Shown: piece by piece, positions 16,928 through 26,600 of the stretch | How positions within the stretch are numbered: position 1 is the stretch's first letter | Layout of the letters: every line of letters begins with the position of its first letter | Source: a virus | Taxonomy: Duplodnaviria > Caudoviricetes | Strand: one strand, 5' to 3' | DNA: 64,000 bases | Virus record (IMG/VR): IMGVR_UViG_3300031454_000241 | Location: 61 to 64,060 of that record | Position numbers and translations under genes: made by a program | The notes under the pieces: model-generated | Database searches by the model: none | What the model was told of the DNA's origin: nothing | What the model saw: only the letters and a program-made list of their open reading frames with translations

Positions 16928-19900
16928 CTAGGGGATGACCCAGAGATCGCCGACGACGGGGGCCGCTGGCTGCGTGGTTTGAACGAACAGGGGATTGCGA
17001 TACTGGGCTTCGGCGGGCCGGACGGCGTCGAGGTCGAGCCACAGGTCGCCGGTCGCCGGGCTGGCCGGCTGGGTCACGCTCACCGTCAGCGGGAACCGGA
17101 CACCCATCGGCGGCGACCCCGCGAGCTGCTGGTAGGACACGCCACCGGCCTTGATGTCGGCGGACAGGACGCTACCGGTCAGCGTGAGATCGACCGACCC
17201 GGTGTCCGCCACCGAGGCCACCGCGCCGCTTCCACTTGCGGGTGGAGCCTGGAAGGCGTAGCCACCACCGGCCTGCCGGGTGAGGATGTGGCCGGCGGTA
17301 GCGGTGGTATCGGTGACGTTCGAGAGGCCGGTCAGTGTGTGGGTATGGGTGGTACTGGCCTTGCCCGCCAGGAACGACGTGACCTCGGCCTCGTTGAAAA
17401 CCGGTCGTCGTGGGTGTGGGCTGTCGGCGGGCGGGCGTCACTGAGGCGCGGATCGTTGCCCTCCGTCGCGGTCCCGGCGGTGGCGCCGAACCTCACGGCG
17501 TAGATCGCGCCGTTGTTCTGCCGCTCCAGCGTCAAGCCGGTTCCCACCCCAATGCCGTCGAGCATGAATGCGGCACCCGTGGACGGGTAGGCGGTAATCG
17601 TCGTTCCGGTTGCGGTGCCACCGGTCGCCGCGACGATGTACTGGGTTCCGCCGCCACCGAGTCCCTTCGTGACGGTCACGCCCGTCCCGGCCCGGATGTC
17701 GATGGCGGCCGGGTTGGTCTTGTCGAGCGCGCCGTCGACGTAGGTCGCAAGCGTCTGTTGGCCCGCCGCCGTTACGGTGACGGTGGACCCGTTCAGGAGG
17801 TAGGCGCGGGCCTCGATCCGGCCGTCACGATAGGTGAATGGCACATGGGGCGTCGCTGCTGAGTCCGATGCAAATTCGGTCCGGACGGTATGGGCCCCCG
17901 CCGCGACCGAGAAGAACCGATAGGTGAACGAGCGAGTCCGATTCTGAAGACCAGCGCTCGTACCCGATGCGAGGGTCTTCATGAGGATGTCGTCGAAGTA
18001 CCACCGGGCGAGCAGATTCGGCCCCACTTCGGTGGTCGATGCCGAGACAGCGGCCACGACGACGACTTCCCACGTCCCCTCGGGCAGCGTGAATGAGAGG
18101 GTCTGACCGGGGATGTAGACGTTTGCGGCGGTGGTATCCCGCGCACCGGCGGCGGGCACGTTGTCGGTCACGAACTCCAGCACAGGTCGGATGGTGCTGG
18201 CGGTGGTTCCTGTCGTGGTCGTCGAAGTAACCGCCACGGCCACCGGGACGGGCGGGAAGATCTTCGCCCACATCTCCGGGCTGATGCCGTAGAACCCACC
18301 GCCCGGCTTCGGCACCCGGTTGGACATCATGTCGTCCAGGAAGCGCCACTCGTCCCGGTCGACGGTGCCCTCGGGGTACTTCGCCCGGTGTTGCCCGGCG
18401 TCGGTCGAGCCGTCATGGACCGCCGGGCAGTCCAGCCCGTAGCCAACGGTGTAGCCTGCATCGCGCAGCCGGGTCTCGACGCTGTGGAGCCACTCGTGGG
18501 TCAGCGTCGCGCCCCAACTTCCGAAAGCGCCGAGGGTGAACTGATTGTTGTCGTAGGCGATCCCCTGCTTGCTGGACAGCATGGTCCCGTTGGTGCTGGC
18601 GGTTGGACCCGGACCGTAGTACGGCGACAGCACGATCCGGGCGTCGTTCTTGTCGGCGCCCACCCCGACACGGGCGAACTCGGCCGCCGTGGCGGACACG
18701 CTGGCGAAGCTCGTCGCGCCGTTGACGACGTTGATCGTGATCGCGAACCGCGTCGGGTTGACGACGGTCAGGTCGACCGCCACGCCCGCCAGGCGCCGCA
18801 CCCGCGCCGCCATGGCGGCGGCGGCGTCCTTCATCCGGGTCCGCTGTTCCGCCGGGATGGTCTGGTCCCCGCCCCACTGCGATCCGAGGTTGATCGCGTA
18901 GGGAACCACGACGCCGAACGTCGTGTGCGGCAGCACCTCGGTATCCCCTAGTGGGATCGCTGAGTTGGCGCTCTGGAGTGACCCCCACGCGTCATCGAGG
19001 TCGATCCGGGTGAACGGCACCAGCGACGTGCGGGCATCGACGTCGGGCAGACGGCCATCGTCCACCAACCCGGAGAGGTCGGCGGTGCGCCACCATTGCT
19101 GGAACCACGGCATCAGCCCTTTGACCGGGTCGACGCCGAACCCGGCGGCCGCGTAGCCGTCGACCGGCGTGGGGTCGACGCCGTGGTCGCGCAGGATTTC
19201 CTCCAGTTGCCGCATATACGCATGGACCATCGTGTCGGTGACGCGGTTGGCCGCTCGCTCGGCGTCGTACCAGGTATCCTCCGGATTGATGAAGGAATAC
19301 GGGAAGTCCCGCCGGGTGAGCTCGTTGACGGTGCTGTCCATCTGCGACGTGCCGAGGAACAGCATCCGCGTGTCGTAGGTGAGCCCGCCGTACGTCGCCC
19401 ACAGGCTCTGGGCACCCTGATCGGTGATCCAGGAGCCGGTGGTGCCGAACGCCGTCACCTCGGCCCGGCCCGCCGTGATGGCGGCGTCGAGGTCCCAAGT
19501 CTCCTCCTGCACGACCAGCCGCACCCGGCAGCCCACGCGGCCGCCGGACGCCACCTGTAACAGGCCGGGGAACTGGCGCACCATCCGCAGCGCCAGCGCC
19601 CGCTGTTTGGCCGTCATGGTCCGGACGGCCCCTTGCCAGCGGATCGACGGCGCGATCACGGCCAGCAGGTCCGGCACGGGTGCGCCGGGCAACGCGCCGG
19701 TGCCCTCAACGGACGGGGTGGCGACGCCCGCGCCGCGCTGGACCGGTCCGACGACGAACCACTCGCGCCCGACCGGCTGGGCCATGACCTCGGTGCCGGG
19801 CGCGTAGGGGGCCCCGCCGTTGCGGGCGTAGCGGGCGGTGCCGGCCTCCTCGTCGGTCTCCCCGCCGAAGCGCAGCCGAACCCGGCCCGCCACCTCGTCC

Positions 19901-19995
19901 ACGACCCACGCCTGCACGGGCCGGAGGGCGTCGCCCGTCCGGTCGGTGATGCCCTTGAGACCCAGGACGAAATCGATCGCGTCGCGACTGACCAT
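16928..19995 (-). CDS. Tail/baseplate-associated protein with zinc-metallopeptidase motif; interrupted by a 1-nt frameshift at about 17397-17400
   Basis: THEWLH HExxH motif; fibre motif HTHDDR(F/Y)-FNEAEV is split between frames; one extra nt joins ORFs 17332-19995 and 16928-17221 into 1022 aa. Confidence 0.7.
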
Positions 19996-19996
19996 G

Positions 19997-21124
19997 CTAC
20001 GCCTCCCCCACGCCGATGGCGTCGCCCGTCGCCACGGCCTCGGTCACGTTGACTTCATGGCTCATCAGGCCGTCGATCGGCGTGAAGCCCAGCTCCCACG
20101 TCCGGCAGCGCCAGTTCCCCGTAGCGATCCGGCGGGTCGCCCGATTGGAAACGTTGAGTCCATAGGTCTCATGCATCCCCCGGCGCGGGTCGGGCAGCGT
20201 CTTGAGGGTCAGGACACGGTAGCGCCCCCCGGCCTCGCGCAAGAGCCGGTCGGCCAGCGCGTCGGCGGCGGCCTGATCGACCAGCGTGCTGTCGCGCACG
20301 GTCCGGCTGACCAGCGTGCCGGTCGTGACGGTCGACGTCGGCGACGCCGGGTTGGTGTTGGTCCGGATCGCGATGATCGGCGTGGCGTCGGATGAGCTGA
20401 ACGTGTCCTTGATGACCACGATCCGGTTGACCGCCGGGGCGCCGGGCGACTTCTCGACGATGGTGTCGGTCATCAGCTCGGTGCCGGGACCACTCCGGTA
20501 GGTCACGGCGGGCTCGGCGTCGGCGGTGTCCTGGTAGGCGCGGCTGGTCAGGACGCCGGTGCTGTCCGGCCAGAGTCGGTACCAGCCGATGCCGCTCAGT
20601 AGCTCGTTCACCATGTCGAGTGCGGGCGTCCCGGCGGTGAATGAGCGCGGCTCGGTCAGGCGGGCGCGGCCCGTGACCAGCCGGTGCCGATACAGCCCGG
20701 CGTAGGCGAGGATGTTCGTGACGGCGTCGACCACATCGGTCCCGGCCGCTACGGTGAACGTGCGGTCGAAGGCGTAGGCATCGACCTTCCAGGTCATATC
20801 ACGGGCGTCGATGGTGGCCTCGGTGCCGGGCCAGCGGTGGCGCTGCTCACTGGGCGGCAGCACGGCGTACTGACCCACCTGTGACTCCACGACCGAGCCG
20901 TCGTTCCACGCCACCCGGAGCCGCGGCGCCAGGTAGTCGATCTGCGGCCGCACGACGGACGGATCGCGCAGGGTGGCGCTGAACGCCATCGGGATGCGCA
21001 GGTCCTCGTTCATCGTGACCGTGCCCTTCAGGAGCTGGTCGCTGATGTCGCGGACGAACCCGTTGTAGGCGTCGACGATGGCGAGCGAGGCAGTCATGCG
21101 CCCGACGGCGCGGATGGCGCTCAC
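19997..21124 (-). CDS. Minor tail / baseplate hub protein
   Basis: Position after distal tail gene; GTGA-coupled; RLWPDSTGVL...VNRIVV...ADRLLRE pattern of siphophage minor tail proteins. Confidence 0.7.
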   Translation of the reverse strand: MSAIRAVGRMTASLAIVDAYNGFVRDISDQLLKGTVTMNEDLRIPMAFSATLRDPSVVRPQIDYLAPRLRVAWNDGSVVESQVGQYAVLPPSEQRHRWPGTEATIDARDMTWKVDAYAFDRTFTVAAGTDVVDAVTNILAYAGLYRHRLVTGRARLTEPRSFTAGTPALDMVNELLSGIGWYRLWPDSTGVLTSRAYQDTADAEPAVTYRSGPGTELMTDTIVEKSPGAPAVNRIVVIKDTFSSSDATPIIAIRTNTNPASPTSTVTTGTLVSRTVRDSTLVDQAAADALADRLLREAGGRYRVLTLKTLPDPRRGMHETYGLNVSNRATRRIATGNWRCRTWELGFTPIDGLMSHEVNVTEAVATGDAIGVGEA

Positions 21125-23616
21125 GTCCGCACCTCCTGGAACGTGAACTGGGCGTCGATCCGGTTGCGGTACGCACGGGCCGACAGCCCCATGATCGTGC
21201 CGGTCAGGCCCAGGCCCAGGTGATTGCGGTAGACCAGTACCGCCACGCTGCCGTCGGATCGCTCTGCCGACAGTGCCTGGATGGCGGTGAGTTCCTGCTC
21301 CGGGTTGCCGATGAGCTGGTAGGTGGCCCGCACCGTCCGGCTGACCGCGCCGCCCGTCAGCAGGACTGGCGGTCCACCCGACCACGGGTCCTGCAACCGC
21401 CGGTCATCGGTGAAGCCGCGCTCCGGCGACTGCACGTAGGGCAGCACCACCCGGCGACCGGGATCGGCGGCGTCGGAGATGATGACGGCGTGGAAGTCGA
21501 GCTGGATGGGTCCGGCGTAGAACGGTCCGGAGCCGACGACACTGACGCCCAGGCGCTGGAATTGATCGATCGTGTAGTGGTAGACGACCCCGTTGGCTGG
21601 CTGGGCGTCGATCACCTCGGTCTGGCTGATGGACGTGATCTCGGCGATCAACGTCTGGCCCAGGTCGGTGGGATCGAATGGGGCATTTCGGAACACACGA
21701 TACTTGTCGAATCCGCTGGTGATCGTGGACGGGTTCCAGGTCAGCCGGACGACCGACGGCTCGCGGTCGCCCGCCGCCAGTTCCGGCGACGCCGTGAAGC
21801 CCGTGATCGGCGGGGCGGGCGGGTACTGCAACCGAAACGGCACACGCGGGGACTCCGCCGTCAGGCCGCTGGTGTTCGTGACCGTGATGGTCAGTTCGAG
21901 GTCGGTGTTGTTCGGGACGTCCTGGAGCGCGACCGCGCCGTCTTTGTCTGTGGTGCTCACGACGGTCGTAAACGTAATGAGTGGGTCCGCCCCCCCCGCC
22001 CGGTAGACCTTCGCCTGCCGCGACGCCTGATCGTTGACGGTGTAGGCGAACCCAAGCGTCGGCGTCGTGGCGACGGCACCCGGCACCGGGCTGGTGATCG
22101 CGATGACCGGCCCCTCGGCGTACGTGAAGGGGCGCTCCGGGCTGTACGGGCTCGTCAGGACGCCATCGGTGCCAACGGCGTCCCAGCGGTATTGCGCGAA
22201 CGACGGCAGGTCGGTGGCGGTGGTCTGGTAGCGCCACGTCGTGCCCGAGACGAACGTGGCGGCGCGGGTGAACAGCACGGCGCCGGTGCTGCTCTTGATC
22301 CGGACCGAGGCCGTGAGGCCCGTGCTGGGCGTGTTGTCCACGTCCGACAGGGTGAATTGCAGCAATGGTGGTGAACTGACCGGTGCGAGGATTGCAACCG
22401 TCGCCGGGGTGGTGGGCGGATAGTTGGTCGTGAACGCGAGGCCGGAGCTGAACGGCGACCAGACACCGCTGGTGTCCCGCCCCCGGACCCGGAGCGTGTA
22501 GCTCTGGCCCCAGTCGAGCTGGGCGGTGCCGGTGTTCGTCCAGTCGGCGATCCCCCCGAGCACGTCGATGGTGCCGCCCGGCGCGGACTGGACGCCGACG
22601 ACGCGCGTGCCGAAGTCCCGGACCACAACCCCGTTCTGCAAAATCTGGGGGTTGTAGGCATCCATCGACAGCCCGGCCAGATGGTTCCAGGTACTGACGA
22701 AGCCGGTGGGCTGGCGGGTCGTCTTGCGGCCACCACCGCCCGTAACGGCGACCGAGCCACCTGGGTTGATAGTGAACGACGTCCAGCCCGTCCAGCCGGA
22801 GTAGGCATCGAATGCATCGCTGACCGCGGATCGCCACTCATACGTGACGCCCGGTGTCAGCGACCCGGAGCCGCCGTACCCCGTCGAGAACGCCCGGGCG
22901 ACCTTCTGGTCCTCGGGCGCGCCGTAGGTGGCGTCCCAGAGCAGCGTGGACGCTCCCACCGCCCGCAACTGGACGCGGAAGTGGTTGAGACGCTCACCGG
23001 CCTTGTTGTCGCGTCCGTTGACGGTCTCGTTGGCGTCGCGGAACGTGCCGGTGAACGCCGGGCTCTGGTTGCTGATCTGCCCGACCGGGTACAGCGATCC
23101 CGGCACCGACGGCGCCACGTTGGCGTCGTAGAGGACGTAGCAGTCAATGAGGCCCTGCGGGCTGGAGGACTGGTAGGCCATCGGCGAAAACGGCCCCGTC
23201 GACCCGGCGGACCGCATGTACATGAGGTCGCCGGACGCGGTCTGTCCATGGCGAGCCGATCCGGTGGCGGCGAACCCGACCGCGTAGGCGCTGCCCGAGG
23301 TCAGCCGGGCGATACTGGTCAGGTCGCCCGCGACATCGGCGTAGGGCGCCGTACTGTAGGTATAGGCCTGACTTTGGGCGATCTGGGCCGTGCTGGCCAG
23401 CAGGGCGCCGGGGTTACCGCTACTGCTCGTCGCCCAGAGGTGGCCGCGAACCTGAACCGTCCCACCGGATTCGGTTCCAAGCCGCATACCCCACCGATAC
23501 GCCCACCCATGGGAAGGAGCGGGATCGAAGACGGACGCCCGAACGTTGGTCGTGTTGGTATCGGTCGTCCCGGATGCGAGGGCGGCGCTGGTATTGAATC
23601 TTCCGTAGGTTGCCAT
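21121..23616 (-). CDS. Distal tail-like protein with Ig/FN3-like domains
   Basis: Follows the TMP; YEWRSAVSD, YTLRVRGRD...SPFS, YRWDAVG...SPYS FN3-like repeats. Confidence 0.7.
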   Translation of the reverse strand: MATYGRFNTSAALASGTTDTNTTNVRASVFDPAPSHGWAYRWGMRLGTESGGTVQVRGHLWATSSSGNPGALLASTAQIAQSQAYTYSTAPYADVAGDLTSIARLTSGSAYAVGFAATGSARHGQTASGDLMYMRSAGSTGPFSPMAYQSSSPQGLIDCYVLYDANVAPSVPGSLYPVGQISNQSPAFTGTFRDANETVNGRDNKAGERLNHFRVQLRAVGASTLLWDATYGAPEDQKVARAFSTGYGGSGSLTPGVTYEWRSAVSDAFDAYSGWTGWTSFTINPGGSVAVTGGGGRKTTRQPTGFVSTWNHLAGLSMDAYNPQILQNGVVVRDFGTRVVGVQSAPGGTIDVLGGIADWTNTGTAQLDWGQSYTLRVRGRDTSGVWSPFSSGLAFTTNYPPTTPATVAILAPVSSPPLLQFTLSDVDNTPSTGLTASVRIKSSTGAVLFTRAATFVSGTTWRYQTTATDLPSFAQYRWDAVGTDGVLTSPYSPERPFTYAEGPVIAITSPVPGAVATTPTLGFAYTVNDQASRQAKVYRAGGADPLITFTTVVSTTDKDGAVALQDVPNNTDLELTITVTNTSGLTAESPRVPFRLQYPPAPPITGFTASPELAAGDREPSVVRLTWNPSTITSGFDKYRVFRNAPFDPTDLGQTLIAEITSISQTEVIDAQPANGVVYHYTIDQFQRLGVSVVGSGPFYAGPIQLDFHAVIISDAADPGRRVVLPYVQSPERGFTDDRRLQDPWSGGPPVLLTGGAVSRTVRATYQLIGNPEQELTAIQALSAERSDGSVAVLVYRNHLGLGLTGTIMGLSARAYRNRIDAQFTFQEVRT

Positions 23617-26600
23617 TTAGAACGCCCCTCCATTCGCGCCGTAAACGAGCGAGAAGGCTTGTGGCAGGTCATCGACGAACCGGCTCAAACGGACCATCTC
23701 TTCGGCGTCCTTGACCGAAACGGTCACGTTATTGGTCTGGTAGAGCGTGTAGGTGGCCTGCGGGCGGCTCGATGACACCGGCGCGGACGTAGGCGCTTGC
23801 ACCGGAAGTGCCGGCGTGGGAACACTGGTCGGGATCGTCGCCGGCGCCTTCGCCGCCGCGCTGAGGGCCTTCACCGCGTCCAGCACCAGGCTGCCGTCCT
23901 CGAAGATGCGGTAGCTGTAGCCCGCATTGCCGAAGTCCGCACCAATCCGCTTGACCGCGTCCAGCGCGACCCTCTGAAGGCCGGCGTTCGTGCTCGTCTC
24001 GTAGGTGTTTTGGTAGTCCCCGGCCGCGCGCAGCATCTGCTTGCCGGCCTCACTCAGGGTCGCCGCCATCGCGTCATTCGCGATGCCGAAGCCGAACGCA
24101 CCCTTGCTTCCCGAGGGACCGCCCGCTTTCACATTGGCGTCGTACTGGGCGCGAAAGTCGGTCGCCTGCCTCGTCATGGCTGTCAGGATCGTCTGGTTGG
24201 TCTCCCTCAGGACGGCATAGAGATTCGTCGCGATGGGCAGGTTCCCGTTCGCGAACGTCTCCCGGATGTTCTTGGCGAGCGCGACCAGCCCGCGCTCCAT
24301 CGCGTCCGGGACCAGGTCGAAGGCCCCCCGGACCGCGCCGTCTCCCACCAGATTCTTCAGCGCGGTGTACGCGCTCTCGATGACGGTGGCGTTGCCCTCG
24401 TACGGCGCCATCACTTTCCCGAGCGCCATCGCCAGTTTGCTCATCATGTCGGTGGGCAGCGCGGTCAGGGCGTCGCTTCCGTACTCGCCACCCTGAAAGA
24501 TCGCGTCGAAGTGATCGGCGATGACCTTCATCGTGTCGGCGACGGTGGTGCTGGTTTCGTTCAGCGTCCCGGCTCCGCTGACACGGGAGACACCCTGTAG
24601 GCCTTGGTAGAACCGATTGCCAGAGCCTGCCCCCATGTTCCCCATTGACTGAATCGCTGCCGCGATGTCTCGGAACCCGCCCAACGACGACACGCCCGAT
24701 TGGAACGATGAGATCATCTGGCTACCGGCCTGCCCCGCCGCGTCCAGCCAGTCGCCGAACCCCAGCACCAGGCCCTCGCCCAGGTAGCTACCGGTCTGGC
24801 GGAACAACTTGGACGGTGACGAGATCATGGCCTTCTTGCGCATGGCCCGGTCGACCGAGGCGATCATGTCCGAGGCGACGGTCTGGATGGTGCCGAGCCA
24901 CGCGCTCAGGCCGCTGGAGAGCGACGACCCGACGTTGTAGCCGACGCTGTAAGCGGTATCGGCGGCACCACTGTCCCTGATCCGGTCCTTGACGTTGTTC
25001 ATCAGCTCGGTGGCCTTGGCCGACCCGCCGGTGGCCATGGTGCCGAGCTTCGTCACGACGTCGTTGGAGGTCGTCCCGGCCGCGACGGTCGCGCCCATCT
25101 TGAGGTTGGCGAAGGCGGACAGCGTCTGGGCGGACAGCGCGTTGGCGTGGCCGACGCCCGTGCCCTTCATCGTGCCGAGCTTCGTGGAGACATCGTCCTT
25201 GGTGAGCCCGGCACTGCCCGACGCCGCGAGCTGCATGGCGGTCATGGCCGCGCTGACGCCGCCTTGCATGGCCGTGGCCTGCGCGTTGCCCCCGAGCTGC
25301 ATGGCGAGCAGATGGCCGAGCGACGTGGCCGACAGCCCGGCAACCGGCGGCAGGCCGTCGGTCTGCATCCCGGTCAGCGCCGCGACGACGCCGGTCTTGG
25401 CCGTGTCGCTGCTGGTCGTGATGCCGGTCATGACATCGGCGAACGATGTCCGGGCGCTTTTTGCCTGTTCGATGAAGGCGCCGAAGATATTGCCGCCGGC
25501 GAAGCCAAAGGTTTCCGGTACCCCTCGGAACGCCTTGGGGTCGGATGCCGTGGCGTCCGGATACTCGCCCGCATGCGGGTCGGGTCCCGTTGTCGTAACG
25601 GGTCCGCCGCCCGGTAGCGGCGTGCCGCCCGGATTGTCCCGGTTCGGATCGTCACCGGCGATCGCACCGGTGAACGCGGCGCGGAAGTCTTTGCCGAGAT
25701 TGTCACCGACGCCCCGGATGTCGTCGCTCCATCCTTCCAGATTGGAAATCAGATCGTCCGGAACCAGGCCCAATTTGTCTGCGTCTTTGAGGACAAGGAC
25801 CAGCTTGTCGATCATGTCAGCCAGACCGTCGGTAAGTTGTGTCGTGAGCCCATCCATGAGCCGTCCGAAGTCCAACCCCTCGAACACGCCTTCAAAGAAC
25901 GCCGCAAATGCCTCTATTGCTGGCGGTAGGATCAGGGCCAACCCAGCCGCCAGCAGAAGTTCCGGTCCAAAGAACACGCCGGCAACTAGCGCGGCAACAC
26001 CGATACCGATCAACTTCCATGTGGCCGGGTCTTCGAGCGCGCCATTGAGCCAGGAGCCGAACTTGGCACCCAGCTTCTTGATATCCATCTGGATGTCCGG
26101 ATCGAGGTGGATGGTTCCGGTAAAGAGCGTCTTCGCCAGTTCCGTCCAGTTGAAATCAGCCGCCAGCCCGATGCCGTTGGAGGGCACGCCAATGCTCAGC
26201 GCCCAGTTGAGTGCATCCAGGACCACGCCGTTGAGGAAGGCACTGATATGGGGGTTGAGCCAGTCCGCCGCGACGCCGATGGCATCGGTTGTGACGGTAG
26301 CCGCCTTACCCAGCGTCGCCGTCCAGTCATTCCATTCCGACGCGATGAAGTGCCCGGCGCTGGTGATCCAGCCCCAGATCGTCTTGCCCGCTTCGACCAG
26401 GAAGTTCCACGCGCCCGCCGCGACGGTTGATGCGGCCCACCCGATGGTGGCCGCCCAATCACGCCACTCACCGGCGGTATACGTACCCGCCGCCGTAATC
26501 CACCCCCAGATCACCCCGCCGACGTTCGTAAGGAAGTCCCATGCGGTCGCGGCAACGGTGGTGGCCCAACCGACCTTCGCCGTCCACTCGCGCCACTCGC

